From an uncultured Chloroflexia bacterium (GTDB lineage: Bacteria > Chloroflexota > Limnocylindria > Limnocylindrales > CSP1-4): a stretch of 64,000 bases of DNA. Positions 36,425-47,459 of the stretch are shown piece by piece. Position numbers and translations under genes: made by a program. The notes beneath the pieces were generated by a model. That model searched no databases, had not been told where the DNA came from, and saw nothing but the letters and a program-made list of their open reading frames with translations. The stretch covers positions 64,001 through 128,000 of the forward strand of contig CAVVYR010000008.1 of assembly GCA_963752475.1 (NCBI GenBank), given 5' to 3'. The stretch's first letter is position 1; the number at the start of each line of letters is the position of its first letter.

Positions 36425-38875
36425 ATGAAGTTCGGACGGTTCGATGACGAGCGGCGGGAGTACGTCATCACGCGACCGGACACGCCCCTGCCGTGGATCA
36501 ACTACCTCGGCTCGGAGGACTACCTCGGGCTCATCAGCAACACCGCCGGCGGCTACTCGTTCTACCAGGACGCCCGCCTGCGCCGCCTGACGCGCTACCG
36601 CTACAACAACGCCCCGCTCGATATCGGCGGCCGCTACGTCTACGTCCGTGACGACGACTCCGGTGACTACTGGAGCCCGTCATGGCAGCCCGTCGGGAAG
36701 GACGTCGAGGACTTCGAGTGTCGCCACGGCATGGGCTACACCGCCATCGGCTCGCGCACCGACGGCATCCGCACCGAGACGACGTACTTCGTGCCCGTCG
36801 GCCAGAACCTGGAGGTCTGGCGCACGCGCGTCACGAACGAGCGCGCGATCGCCGCCAACGTGTCGCTCTTCAGCGCGATCGAGTGGTGCCTGTGGGAGGC
36901 CAACGACGATGCCACCAACTTCCAGCGCAACTACTCGATCGGCGAGGTCGAGGTAGAGGACGGCGTCATCTTCCACAAGTCGGAGTACCGCGAGCGGCGC
37001 GACCACTTCGCCTGGTTCGCCTGCAGCGAGGAGTTGGCCGGTTTCGACACCCAGCGCAGCGACTTCCTTGGCGCCTATCGAGGCTGGGATCGTCCGCTTG
37101 CCGTGGAGGAAGGCCAGGCGCACGACTCGATCGCCCACGGCTGGCAGCCCATCGGCTCACACCACGTCCGCCTGCAGCTCGCGCCCGGTGAGACCCGCGA
37201 GGTCATCTTCGCCCTGGGCTATGCCGAGAACGAGAAGGACGCGAAGTTCGATCCGCCCGGTTCGCAGCGCATCGACAAGGCCGGTGTGCTGCCGACCATC
37301 GCGCGCTATACCGACGCCGATGCGGTGGAGCAGGCCTTCGCCGACCTGAACAGGTACTGGGATGCCCTGCTGGGCCTCATCCACGTCGAGACGCCCAACG
37401 AGCACCTCGACCGCATGGTCAACATCTGGAACGCCTACCAGTGCATGGTCACCTTCAACCTGTCTCGCTCGGCTTCGATGTTCGAATCGGGCATCGGCCG
37501 GGGCATGGGCTTCCGTGACTCCAACCAGGACCTGCTCGGCATCGTGCACCAGGTCCCGGAGCGCGCGCGGCAGCGGATCCTCGATATCAGCGCGACCCAG
37601 TTGCCCTCGGGCGGCGCCTACCACCAATACCAGCCGCTGACCAAGCGCGGCAACGATGCGGTCGGCGGCGGGTTCAACGACGACCCCTGCTGGCTCGTGC
37701 TGGGCGTAGCGGCGTACCTGCGCGAGACCGGTGACACCGCCATCCTTGACGAGCCGGTGCCCTTCGACAATGCGCCCGGCACCGAAGCTCCGCTGTACCA
37801 ACACCTCGTGCGCGCGACCGAGTACACGCTCGAGCGCCTGGGCCCGCATGGGCTACCGCTCATCGGCCGGGCCGACTGGAACGACTGCCTCAACCTCAAC
37901 TGCTTCAGCGAGACCCCTGGCGAACCCTTCCAGACGACCGAGAACAAGGAAGGCGGCGTGGCTGAGTCGGTCTTCATCGCCGCGCTCTTCACGCTCGCGG
38001 TGCAGGAGATGCGCCTCATCGCCGAGAACCGACGTGACGCGGTCTTCACCCGCCGCTGCGACCAGGCCGAGCGGGACATGGTGGCCGCGGTCGACGCCCA
38101 CGGCTGGGATGGCGCCTGGTTCCGCCGCGCCTACGACTACTTCGGGAGTGTCCTCGGCTCGGCGGAGAACGAGGAGGGCCAGATCTTCGTCGAGCCGCAA
38201 GGCATCGCGGTCATGGCCGGCATCGGCACCGACGATGGGCGTGCCCGGAAGACGCTGGCCTCTGTGCGCGAACGCCTGGCCACGCCCCACGGCATCGTCC
38301 TCCTCGACCCGCCGTTCAGCCGCTACTACCCCGAGTACGGTGAGATCAGCTCGTACCCGCCGGGCTACAAGGAGAACGGCGGCGTCTTCTGCCACACCAA
38401 CCCCTGGCTGATGCTGGCCGAGGCTGCGGTGGGCAACGGCGAGGGTGCGCTCGACTACTACCTGCGCATCAACCCCTCCGCGCGCGAGAAGATCTCGGAG
38501 ATCCACGGCACCGAGCCCTACGTCTATTGCCAGATGATCGCCGGCAAGCACGCCGCCAAGCCCGGCGAAGCCAAGAACTCATGGCTGTCGGGGACCGCGG
38601 CGTGGAACCTCGTGGCCGCCACGCAGGGCATCCTGGGCGTCCGGCCCGAGCACACCGGCTTGCGTGTGAACCCGGTGCTGCCGGCAGACTGGGACGGCTT
38701 CAGGATGACCCGCCACTTCCGCGGCACCGAGTACCGCATCTCGGTCGAGAAGGCGGTGGGCGTCACCGGTCGCGTGACCTCGCTCGAGGTCGAGGGCGAG
38801 ACGGTCCCAGGCAACATCATCCCGTTGGCCGCCGAGCCCGGCGGAGTCGTCGAGGTCCGCGCCACGGTCGAATAG
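36425..38875 (+). CDS. cbpA: Cellobiose phosphorylase (GH94)
   Basis: EYVITRPDTPLPWINYLG, GRGMGFRDSNQD, ADWNDCLN, KENGGVFCH, SWLSGTAAW. Confidence 0.92.
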   Translation: MKFGRFDDERREYVITRPDTPLPWINYLGSEDYLGLISNTAGGYSFYQDARLRRLTRYRYNNAPLDIGGRYVYVRDDDSGDYWSPSWQPVGKDVEDFECRHGMGYTAIGSRTDGIRTETTYFVPVGQNLEVWRTRVTNERAIAANVSLFSAIEWCLWEANDDATNFQRNYSIGEVEVEDGVIFHKSEYRERRDHFAWFACSEELAGFDTQRSDFLGAYRGWDRPLAVEEGQAHDSIAHGWQPIGSHHVRLQLAPGETREVIFALGYAENEKDAKFDPPGSQRIDKAGVLPTIARYTDADAVEQAFADLNRYWDALLGLIHVETPNEHLDRMVNIWNAYQCMVTFNLSRSASMFESGIGRGMGFRDSNQDLLGIVHQVPERARQRILDISATQLPSGGAYHQYQPLTKRGNDAVGGGFNDDPCWLVLGVAAYLRETGDTAILDEPVPFDNAPGTEAPLYQHLVRATEYTLERLGPHGLPLIGRADWNDCLNLNCFSETPGEPFQTTENKEGGVAESVFIAALFTLAVQEMRLIAENRRDAVFTRRCDQAERDMVAAVDAHGWDGAWFRRAYDYFGSVLGSAENEEGQIFVEPQGIAVMAGIGTDDGRARKTLASVRERLATPHGIVLLDPPFSRYYPEYGEISSYPPGYKENGGVFCHTNPWLMLAEAAVGNGEGALDYYLRINPSAREKISEIHGTEPYVYCQMIAGKHAAKPGEAKNSWLSGTAAWNLVAATQGILGVRPEHTGLRVNPVLPADWDGFRMTRHFRGTEYRISVEKAVGVTGRVTSLEVEGETVPGNIIPLAAEPGGVVEVRATVE

Positions 38876-39065
38876 CCTCCTTGACTCCCTCTGGGGCATC
38901 GCTTGCAGGGATCGTCGGCCACGCCACCGGTCGCGAGAGCGCTTCGCCGGCGCCGGCGAAGCAGAGGATGACGATGCTGAGGGTTTGCACCAGACCCCCG
39001 GGTGCGTTGGCCCCACGATGCCAAGCCTGACCCCTTACCATCGGAGAGAGCAGGGAGGTCGACAC

Positions 39066-39647
39066 GTGGCGCAGAACCAGGACTGGGGCCAGCCGCCGCA
39101 GAACCAGGGCGGTTGGGGCCAGCAACAACAACAGCCACCGCAGGGCCCACCACCAGGGCAGCAGCCGCCGCAGTGGGGCACGCCGCCACCGCCGAGCGGA
39201 CCGGGCTTGGGCACCAAGCACTGCCCCTCATGTGGCTCGGTCATCGACGCCGCTGCTGCGGACTGTCCGCGCTGCGGCGTTCGCCAGTCGGATGCGGTGT
39301 ATCGGGAACCCAAGAGCCGCCCGCTCGCCATCGTGCTGGCGCTGCTGCTCGGCGGCTTTGGCATCCATCGCTTCTACGTGGGGCCGATCAGCTGGGGCGT
39401 CGCGTACCTCATCTTCTTCTGGACCGGCATCCCCGGGTTCCTGGGCTGGCTCGAGGCCATCTACTGGCTCACACGGAGCGATGTCGAATGGGCCCAGAAG
39501 TACGGCGGCCCGGTGCGCCAGTCGAACGGCTTGGCCATCGGCTGCCTATGGATCCTGGCGCTGCTGCCGCTACTCGCGATCGTGCTCGTGCTGGCCCTCG
39601 TGGTGGGCGGAGTCACGACCATCACGCTATTCGAGCTGTCGAACTGA
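39066..39647 (+). CDS. TM2/NINE domain protein with Gln/Pro-rich N-terminus and zinc ribbon
   Basis: CPSCG..CPRCG; KSRPLAIVLALLLGGFGIHRFYVG; GGAGG before GTG 39066. Confidence 0.85.
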   Translation: MAQNQDWGQPPQNQGGWGQQQQQPPQGPPPGQQPPQWGTPPPPSGPGLGTKHCPSCGSVIDAAAADCPRCGVRQSDAVYREPKSRPLAIVLALLLGGFGIHRFYVGPISWGVAYLIFFWTGIPGFLGWLEAIYWLTRSDVEWAQKYGGPVRQSNGLAIGCLWILALLPLLAIVLVLALVVGGVTTITLFELSN

Positions 39648-39685
39648 GGCGATAGCCGCTGGACGCGGCCGATCCACCGGGCGGC

Positions 39686-40940
39686 TTACGCTCGGTCGCG
39701 CCACCCCTGGAGGTGCTCGCGCCCCTCGGACACAGCAGCAAGGACGCGCTCGGCCTCGCCTGAGGGCACGCTGTCCGGCCAGCACGATCGGAGCAAATCG
39801 GCGTCGTAGCCGTGGTCGGACCCACCCGCACGCAAGACGTCCAGGCCCGCGGCCACGCCCATGGCGTAGCGTGGTGTCGGCACGTCCACGGTCAGGCCCA
39901 GCCGGATGAGCCCGATGAGCCGGTCCTCCCAGCCCAGCTTGCGCCGCGGATCGCGAGCCGCCCGCTCGATGGTGTCGGCCAGGTACGGGTTCACCATGCG
40001 CTCCAGCAGGTCGTCGGCGAAGGCCTCGTAGCCGGATCCGGTGAAGAGCTCGTCAGCACCGGCCCAGCGTCGGCGAAGGGTCGCGCCGGACTCCTCGATG
40101 AAGGCCTCTCGCAGGAGCGCCATCGCACCGTCGACCTCGCGCAGGTCGGCCACCAGCGTCAGACCAAGGACGGAACCCAGGAACCCGGCCAACGCATGCG
40201 TCGCGTTGTGGCCCAGCAGCTTCGCGTCCTCGAACGGCGCGAGGTCATCCACCTCTCGCAGCACCGGCATGCCCGGGTGGAGCCGCAGATCCTGCACGGG
40301 AGACGAGGATGCGGTCGAACTCCTCGACCAGGAAGGCCGAGCCCAGCGCGGAGGTGACGCTGGCAAGGCCGTGCTGCCGCAGCTCGTCGGGGTCGGTGAT
40401 GATGCCGCTCATCTTGCCGATGACGGTGTCCACGTAGCGGGCACGCCCGGACACGAACTCCCGCTCCTCGGCCGGCACCGCCTCCAGCACGGCAGCTTCC
40501 AGCAGCTCGGCCGCGGAGCGGTGGTTCTCGGCGCAGAAGACGATCAGCGGTGTCATCCGTGTCCGGTGCCGCAGGCCCTCGGCCAGGAGACGATGCGGGC
40601 TGTTCGGACCATCGGTCTGGTAGAACGCGACGCTCGGAAGCGCTGACGTGAGCTCATCGGCCCCGGCGATGGCCTCGACCACCAGCTCGGCTTCGGCCGG
40701 GACCGTGGAATCGGACACGTTGATTGGGCCCACCTCGGCCACATCGACCCGGTCGAAGCGGGCGATGTTGACCCGGAAGTGGCCGTCATCTGCGCGTAGC
40801 CCGGCGACGAGGTCGGCACGCACGTCCACCACCAGCGGCGGGGCGTAGTCGCCCGTCCGATGCGCTTCGTAGACGAAGAGGCCCGACTGGATAGCGCCGA
40901 AGCCCAGCCCCACGAGGCGCCGAGTGCCGGTGAAGGCCAC
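39686..40940 (-). CDS. Mannitol-1-phosphate 5-dehydrogenase-like protein; frameshift near 40298
   Basis: GFGAIQSG, CAENH, DTVIGKM, then in another frame FEDAKLLGHNATHA, RMVNPYLADTIERAARDPRRKLGWEDRL. Confidence 0.8.
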
Positions 40941-40941
40941 C

Positions 40942-42210
40942 TCAGACGTCCGCGAGGTACTGCTGTTCGTCCTCGGCCGACCAGCGCGCGACGTCACGGA
41001 TGGCGTCGCTGCGCCGTTGCGGGTAGACGATGGCCTTGCCCTGGACGCGCCCGGCACGGGCCATCCCCAACAGCTCCGGTGCATGGTCCAGGTCGCCGAC
41101 GTGGCCGATATGCGCAGCGGGATCGATCTGGCCGGCGACCATCAACCGCAGTGTCTCGATGACGTCCCAGGGTCCACCACCCGACGAGCCGGTGATGTTG
41201 ATCTCCTGGTAGTGCACGAAGCGCTCGTCGATGCCGATGATCTCCTCGCCCGGCTTGAGGCCCGCGAAGAGATCGAGCACCCCGTAGCGCGCGAGCAGGT
41301 GCTGGACCCGCTCCATCAACGCCCCATCCGCCGCGGTGACGATGAGATCATCCGCGCCTGCACCGTCGCTGACCCGGCCGACGACCGCCGCCAGATCCTG
41401 CGTGGTCGTGTTGACCGTGACGAGCTCCACGCCGGCCGCGGCCGCCCGTTGCCCGAAGGTCTCGTGGATCCAGGCCAAACGCTCGTCGCGACGTGCGGTG
41501 GCGATGATGACGCGTGGCCGCGCGGCGATGGCCAGGTCGACATGGATGCGCCCCATCGGGCCCACGCCGATGACGACGGTGACGCCGTCGGGCTTCAGCC
41601 CGGTGGTCGCGGTCCGCGCCTGCGTGCGATCGGGCTGCGACAGATGCATGTGGTGCGCGTGCGAGCTGATGATGCAGCTGATGGGCTCGGCGATGGCCGC
41701 ATGGCCGGCTGGCAGCGTGTCATCCGGCAATGGGATCAGGCAGCCGGCCTCCAACACCTCCTCGGTGATGAGGATGTATTCGGCCAGCAGGCCGGGCAGG
41801 GAGTAGCCGACCGCGATCTTGGCCACGCCGCGACCATCGTCGTCGTACCGCTCGAGGTGATTGATGGGCGCATGGTCCACGGCCGGCTGGACGGAGCACC
41901 GCTGTCCCTCGCTCCACTCACCCGTCAGCTCGCGCCCGACCTCGACGATCGTGACCACACCCTCGTCACCGACGATGGCCGGGTGCTCGGCCGGGTCCCA
42001 GCCGTGCATCAGCGGGTGCTGGGACCCCTGGTCGACCAGCTTGTTGACCGAGGTACAGATGCCCGCAGCATCGACGCGCGCCAGCAGCTGGCGCGGTCCG
42101 GGCTGTGGCACCGAGATGGTTTGCACGGCTAACGACTCGGTCCCGACGCCCGAGAGGACGGTCGCACGCATCTCCGTCGGCAATGCCCCGACCTCCCCCG
42201 GCCGGATCAT
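40942..42210 (-). CDS. MDR/Zn-dependent dehydrogenase (L-sorbose-1-phosphate reductase-like)
   Basis: DAAGICTSVNK, IVGDEG, GLLAEY, AEPISCI, GVGPMG, HYQEINITGSSGG. Confidence 0.8.
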   Translation of the reverse strand: MIRPGEVGALPTEMRATVLSGVGTESLAVQTISVPQPGPRQLLARVDAAGICTSVNKLVDQGSQHPLMHGWDPAEHPAIVGDEGVVTIVEVGRELTGEWSEGQRCSVQPAVDHAPINHLERYDDDGRGVAKIAVGYSLPGLLAEYILITEEVLEAGCLIPLPDDTLPAGHAAIAEPISCIISSHAHHMHLSQPDRTQARTATTGLKPDGVTVVIGVGPMGRIHVDLAIAARPRVIIATARRDERLAWIHETFGQRAAAAGVELVTVNTTTQDLAAVVGRVSDGAGADDLIVTAADGALMERVQHLLARYGVLDLFAGLKPGEEIIGIDERFVHYQEINITGSSGGGPWDVIETLRLMVAGQIDPAAHIGHVGDLDHAPELLGMARAGRVQGKAIVYPQRRSDAIRDVARWSAEDEQQYLADV

Positions 42211-43142
42211 CGGGGCGGCTCCAGCCCGGCCATGCGCCAAGCGTCGGCGGGCTCGTCCGGACCGGTGAAGGTGTCGATCGTGGTGGTGCACAGCGCACCC
42301 ATGGCTGCACCCATGCGCGCCGAGTCCTCGGCCCCGAACCCGTGGATCAGCGCCGTCAGCACGCCGCCGGTGAACGAGTCACCGGCGCCAGTCGTATCGA
42401 TCGTGTCCACCTTGAAGGCCGGGATGTGACCGACGAAGTCATCGTGGTTCACCCAGGCGCCGTTCGGGCCGTCGGTGACGACGGCGAAGCCGACACCCAG
42501 CTCACGCAGTCGGGCGGCTGCCGCCGCGGGGTCGGACAGGCCGGTGATGCCCTCAGCCTCAGGGAGGCTGGGGATGAACAGATCCGTGAATGGCATGGCC
42601 GCCAGCACGCGGCCCCACTGGGCCGTGGAGTCGTGAACCACGTCGAGGCTGGTGTGGATCCCCTTGGCCTTGGCACGCTCGAAGAGCCCGGCCAGCGGTG
42701 CCCCGTCGGGATCATCGAGCGAAGGCATGATGAGGGCGCCGCCCACGTGCAGGAAGTCACTCGTCATCAACGGCTCGATGTCCTCTGCGGTGATGTCGCC
42801 GTCAGCACCGATGTTGTGCAGCATCGTGCGCTCACCGTCCTTGTCGACGGCGACCAATGAGGTCGAGGTCGGCTTGGCCGAGGCCACGAACCGCACGTCA
42901 AGATGCGGAGCCGGCACGCTCTCACGCAGCCAGCGTCCGAAGACATCGTCACCTGCGGGGATGATCAACCGCGTCTCGATGCCCATGCCCGCGAGCACTC
43001 GACCGGTCCGCAGCGCGGGACCGCCTTCAGCGGTGGAGAACGTGTCGACCAGGCCCAACACCCCGATGGGGAGCGGGCCGGCGGCCTTGGCCAGCACGTC
43101 GAAGGTCGCGCTACCGGCACATGTGATCTGGATCTGGCTCAT
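42207..43142 (-). CDS. PfkB-family carbohydrate kinase
   Basis: [26 protein letters not shown]. Confidence 0.9.
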   Translation of the reverse strand: MSQIQITCAGSATFDVLAKAAGPLPIGVLGLVDTFSTAEGGPALRTGRVLAGMGIETRLIIPAGDDVFGRWLRESVPAPHLDVRFVASAKPTSTSLVAVDKDGERTMLHNIGADGDITAEDIEPLMTSDFLHVGGALIMPSLDDPDGAPLAGLFERAKAKGIHTSLDVVHDSTAQWGRVLAAMPFTDLFIPSLPEAEGITGLSDPAAAAARLRELGVGFAVVTDGPNGAWVNHDDFVGHIPAFKVDTIDTTGAGDSFTGGVLTALIHGFGAEDSARMGAAMGALCTTTIDTFTGPDEPADAWRMAGLEPPR

Positions 43143-43346
43143 GGGTCGATGATAGGGCGCCCATGGGAACGTCTTCACGTGCGCTCGCCGGCGGTACCAA
43201 GAGGCGGTTCGTGGCAGATAGGACTAGTACTGATGGGCCCCTCCCATCTGCCCTCCACTACACCGAACATGAGCCGAGCAAGCCCACCGTACGGGACCCG
43301 AACCGATTCGCATGCACCCTCACCGGCACGTGCACGAGCTCGCGCG

Positions 43347-45947
43347 ATGACCGAACCACGCCTCTGCCCCAGCTGCCAGCGGGAGAACGCGCCCGACGCG
43401 CTGTTCTGCGTTGCCTGTGATGCGATGCTGCCGCTCGAGAGTGCGACGATGCACTCCCCGGCCAACCAGACGGGTCCGACCGAGACCGTCCTGCGCTGCC
43501 CCAACTGCCTCACGCGCAACTCCATGGACCAGGTCTACTGCTGGCGCTGCCTGCACGAACTGCACTCGACCGATGCGCTCGAGGACACTTCGCCGCGTCC
43601 GCTGACGGCGGCCTTGGCGAAGGCGTCGGACTCTGCTCCGGCCGAGCCGGCATCGTCGCCGTTCGACCCGACGCTCCAACCGGTCAGTGCCGACGAGGAT
43701 GCACCCAAGAGCTCGGAGGAGCCCGAGGTCGCACCGCCGATCGCCGCGTCGGTAGAGGTCGAGTCGGATGACCAGCCCGAGCCCTTCGTCATCCCGGCGC
43801 CCGTTGAGCGGCCGAGTGATGTGACGCTGATGCCGACGTTCACCGCTGCCTCGGCCATCGAGCGCGATCGGCACCAGCAGCGTCGCGTGCGCCTGGGAGC
43901 TGCTGCCTCGGTCGTTGCGCTGGCCGCTGTGGGAGTCTTCACGGCCGCGTTCATGTTCGGCTCGGGAGACGACAGCGCACCGCTCACGGCTGAGGCCACG
44001 GCCACGCCGCGCGTGGAGCCCACGCTCGAAGTCGTCGAGCCCGAGGGTTCGACGGTGCCAGTGGCCGCGAAGATCGATCCTGATCTGCTGACCGCCGCAG
44101 CCGAGTCCCCGACACCGGAGCCGACGCCCGAGCCGACGCCCGAGCCGACGCCCGAGCCGACACCGGAGCCGACGCCCGAGCCGACGCCCGAGCCGACGCC
44201 GGAGCCCACGCCCGAGCCGACGCCCGAGCCGACGCCCGAGCCCACGCCGGAGCCGACGCCCGAGCCGACGCCCGAGCCCACGCCGGAGCCCACGCCGGAG
44301 CCCACGCCGGAGCCGACGCCGGAGCCGACGCCCGAGCCCACGCCCGAGCCGACGCCGGAGCCGACGCCGGAGCCGACGCCGGAGCCGACGCCCGAGCCCA
44401 CGCCCGAGCCGACGCCGGAGCCCACGCCGGAGCCGACGCCGGAGCCCACGCCCGAGCCCACGCCGGAGCCGACGCCGGAGCCGACGCCCGAGCCGACGCC
44501 GGAGCCGACGCCGGAGCCCACGCCGGAGCCCACGCCGGAGCCCACGCCCGAGCCCACGCCCGAGCCGACGCCGGAGCCCACGCCCGAGCCGACGCCGGAG
44601 CCCACGCCCGAGCCGACGCCGGAGCCGACGCCGGAGCCCACGCCGGAGCCCACGCCGGAGCCCACGCCGGAGCCCACGCCCGAGCCCACGCCCGAGCCGA
44701 CACCGGAGCCCACGCCGGAGCCCACGCCGGAGCCCACGCCCGAGCCGACGCCGGAGCCGACGCCGGAGCCCACGCCGGAGCCCACGCCCGAGCCCACGCC
44801 GGAGCCCACGCCGGAGCCCACGCCCGAGCCCACGCCGGAGCCCACGCCCGAGCCCACGCCGGAGCCCACGCCCGAGCCCACGCCCGAGCCCACGCCGGAG
44901 CCCACGCCCGAGCCCACGCCGGAGCCGACGCCGGAGCCGACGCCCGAGCCCACGCCCGAGCCGACCGAAGAACCCGTCACCACGTTGGCCAACGCAGCGC
45001 TCACGTGCGAAGCAGCGCTGACCACGTCAGCCGACGTGCAGGCCGGCGTGACCGACTCGCAGCTGTGCCAGCCCACCGACGAAGCCATCGGTCAACTCAC
45101 ACTCCAGACCTTCGCCGATACCGGCGGCCTCCGCGAGGCTTGGCAAGCCGACGCTGACGCCACGGCTGACCTGACGATCGACGAGGCCATCTGTGAGAAC
45201 GCCACACCTGGCGCCGACAAGTGGGGCTACGGCAACCTCCTCTGCGGCGTCAGCAACGACGGGACTGCGCAGATCCGCTGGACCGACACCCGCAGCGACA
45301 CATTCGGCGTGGTCGAGAGCGCAACGGACGACCTGGCTGCACTGCATCAGTGGTGGCAGACCAACGCTCGCCCACTGGGACGACCTGAGCCCGGTTCGAC
45401 AAGCGACCAGAGCGACACCACGACGGCCACGCCGACATCGGCACCTGGAAGGCTCGTGCGCGTCCCGGGCAAGCCCAAGAACGCCACCTGCGCGACCTCG
45501 GTCGATCCCATCCTCGACGAGTGGGACCGGACCTGGAATATCACCACGGTCGACTTCCAGAACAAGAACGGCTACGAACGGGTCGTGATCAACCTGGAGC
45601 GCAGCGGCAAAAATCGCTCAACTACACCGACCAGGACGACCGTCAGGCGGATGACCGTGGGTAACATCCGCAACTCCCAACCCAAGGCTCCGACCCCGAC
45701 GAAGGGCAAGCTCGCCATCGTGCTCGACATCGACGGCATCAAGGACTCGCCCACGCTCTACAACTTCGAGCCCAGCAGCCTCGACTACATGCGGCAGCTC
45801 TCGATCTTCAGGAGCAACGGCGGCTATGCCGCAGTGATCACGACACCATCAGCCATCTGCTACCAAGTCCGCATCCCGGTCTGGAGCAACGCCGCCACCG
45901 GCAACGAGCGGTCAGCCGAGATCTACGTCGACCTCAAGCCTCGCTAG
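43347..45947 (+). CDS. Membrane protein: zinc ribbons, TM helix, (PTPE)71 stalk, extracellular C-terminal domains (possibly AMIN-like)
   Basis: CPSC..CVAC and CPNC..CWRC; [25 protein letters not shown]; repeat; C-terminal [10 protein letters not shown]. Confidence 0.8.
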   Translation: MTEPRLCPSCQRENAPDALFCVACDAMLPLESATMHSPANQTGPTETVLRCPNCLTRNSMDQVYCWRCLHELHSTDALEDTSPRPLTAALAKASDSAPAEPASSPFDPTLQPVSADEDAPKSSEEPEVAPPIAASVEVESDDQPEPFVIPAPVERPSDVTLMPTFTAASAIERDRHQQRRVRLGAAASVVALAAVGVFTAAFMFGSGDDSAPLTAEATATPRVEPTLEVVEPEGSTVPVAAKIDPDLLTAAAESPTPEPTPEPTPEPTPEPTPEPTPEPTPEPTPEPTPEPTPEPTPEPTPEPTPEPTPEPTPEPTPEPTPEPTPEPTPEPTPEPTPEPTPEPTPEPTPEPTPEPTPEPTPEPTPEPTPEPTPEPTPEPTPEPTPEPTPEPTPEPTPEPTPEPTPEPTPEPTPEPTPEPTPEPTPEPTPEPTPEPTPEPTPEPTPEPTPEPTPEPTPEPTPEPTPEPTPEPTPEPTPEPTPEPTPEPTPEPTPEPTPEPTPEPTPEPTPEPTPEPTPEPTPEPTPEPTPEPTPEPTPEPTEEPVTTLANAALTCEAALTTSADVQAGVTDSQLCQPTDEAIGQLTLQTFADTGGLREAWQADADATADLTIDEAICENATPGADKWGYGNLLCGVSNDGTAQIRWTDTRSDTFGVVESATDDLAALHQWWQTNARPLGRPEPGSTSDQSDTTTATPTSAPGRLVRVPGKPKNATCATSVDPILDEWDRTWNITTVDFQNKNGYERVVINLERSGKNRSTTPTRTTVRRMTVGNIRNSQPKAPTPTKGKLAIVLDIDGIKDSPTLYNFEPSSLDYMRQLSIFRSNGGYAAVITTPSAICYQVRIPVWSNAATGNERSAEIYVDLKPR
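44109..44960 (+). repeat. 12-bp coding tandem repeat, 71 units (ccS acg ccS gag = PTPE)
   Basis: 852 bp of contiguous units varying only at synonymous positions. Confidence 0.95.
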
Positions 45948-45950
45948 CGC

Positions 45951-47459
45951 CTACAGCTGCCGGGTGATCGGCGCGACCGCCGGGTAGACCTCTCGATAGC
46001 GTTCGTACAGTTCCGAGTAGGCCGCATGGCGCTTGGCGTCGGGCTCGAATGTGCGGGTCAGCTCGAGGAACCGCTCGGCTCCTTCGGCTGCCGACGACCA
46101 CAGCCCGACACCGGCACCAGCCAGCAGCGCCGCACCGAAGGCCGCCGCCTCGGTGATACGCGGCGTGATGACGGGGATGCCCGTGATGTCCGCCTTCAGC
46201 TGCAACCACAGCTCGGAGCGCGCACCGCCGCCGATGGCTCGCAGCACATCGATGGCCACTCCCCCATCGCGCAACAGATCGAGGTTCAGCCGCAACTCGT
46301 AGGTCAGGCCCTCGAGGATGGCTTTGGCCAGGTCCGTCCGCGTCGTCGAGAAGGTGAGTCCAAGGATGGCGCCCTTCGACGCCGTGTCGAAGGTAGGCGT
46401 GCCAGCGCCCGCGAAGTGCGGCAGTACGAGCAGCCCCGTCGGATCGGCCGCCGCCCCACCCAGGATCAGGTCGTAGGCATCGTCGCCTGACTCGGTCGCT
46501 CGCGCCACTTGCGGTTCGCAGAAGCCGTCCCGGAACCAGCGCAGCGCCAGCCCGCCACTGTGGTTGAGCGCCATCGCCAGGAACAGCTCCGGCACGGTCG
46601 CGCGGTAGACGCTGATGTTCCCCTCGTACAACGGCGTCGTGACCACCGGCGACCCGAGCGCCACCTCGACCACCTCGGCCGTGCCGGTCGAGACCATCGT
46701 CAGCCCCGGCTCCGTCAGCCCCACGCCCAGCGCGCCACAGGCCTGATCGTGACCACCGGTCACGATCCCGGGTGCCGCTGACAGTCTGAGTCGTTCGGTC
46801 AGCTCGCCGCTGAGCCGGCCGACCATCGTGCCCGAGGGCACGACCTCGGCAAGACGGTCGGGCTCGAGCTCCAGGACGTCGAGGATCTCGGCCGACCAGC
46901 TCCCCGCCTCCAAGTCGAACGCCTGCGTCCGTGACGCGAGACAGGAGCTGATGGCGGGCTTGCCGGTCATGCGCGCGATGAGGAAGTCCTCGACCAGCAG
47001 GAAGCGATCGGCCGCAGCCCATACGTCCGGCTCGTGCTCGCGGATCCAGAGCAGCTTGGGCAGCGTGTTGACGGTGTGGATGGGCATGCCCGTGCGCTCG
47101 AACAGCGCCTGCGCCCCAAACCGCTCGCGCAGCCAGGCGTTCTGGGCGTCGGTGCGCGTGTCCATGCCCAGGATCGTCGGGCGCAGCGGCCGCAACGAGG
47201 CGTCGACCGGCGTCACCGCCTCGCCATGGACGGAGAGCCCGATGGCGGCCACCTCACGCACAGCAGCAGCGGCGATCGCCTCCTCCATCGACGCGAGCGC
47301 CAGATCCCAGACGGCCTCGATGTCCTGTTCCGCCCAGCTCGGATGCGGCAGGTCCACGGGATACTCTCGCGACGCTGCCGCCAGGAGCGACCCGTCCTCG
47401 TCGAAGACGACGGCCTTGCAGCCGGTAGTGCCGACGTCGAGCCCGATGAGTGAGCTCAA
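45951..47459 (-). CDS. FGGY-family sugar kinase (xylulokinase-like)
   Basis: IGLDVGTTGCK, SWAEQD, GGHDQACGALG, STGTAE, IGGGARS. Confidence 0.9.
   Translation of the reverse strand: MSSLIGLDVGTTGCKAVVFDEDGSLLAAASREYPVDLPHPSWAEQDIEAVWDLALASMEEAIAAAAVREVAAIGLSVHGEAVTPVDASLRPLRPTILGMDTRTDAQNAWLRERFGAQALFERTGMPIHTVNTLPKLLWIREHEPDVWAAADRFLLVEDFLIARMTGKPAISSCLASRTQAFDLEAGSWSAEILDVLELEPDRLAEVVPSGTMVGRLSGELTERLRLSAAPGIVTGGHDQACGALGVGLTEPGLTMVSTGTAEVVEVALGSPVVTTPLYEGNISVYRATVPELFLAMALNHSGGLALRWFRDGFCEPQVARATESGDDAYDLILGGAAADPTGLLVLPHFAGAGTPTFDTASKGAILGLTFSTTRTDLAKAILEGLTYELRLNLDLLRDGGVAIDVLRAIGGGARSELWLQLKADITGIPVITPRITEAAAFGAALLAGAGVGLWSSAAEGAERFLELTRTFEPDAKRHAAYSELYERYREVYPAVAPITRQL

Noticed and set aside
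42903-43346. N-terminal extension of the 1014-aa ORF
   Set aside because: Overlaps the divergent PfkB gene; the plausible start is ATG 43347 just before the first zinc ribbon
44109-44960. Possible CRISPR array or non-coding satellite
   Set aside because: Contiguous 12-bp units with no spacers, in frame within a CDS, only synonymous variation, and no cas genes
43535-45088. Antisense (GSGV)n and (APAW/ARAS)n ORFs
   Set aside because: Shadow frames of the PTPE repeat; the plus strand carries the coherent domain architecture
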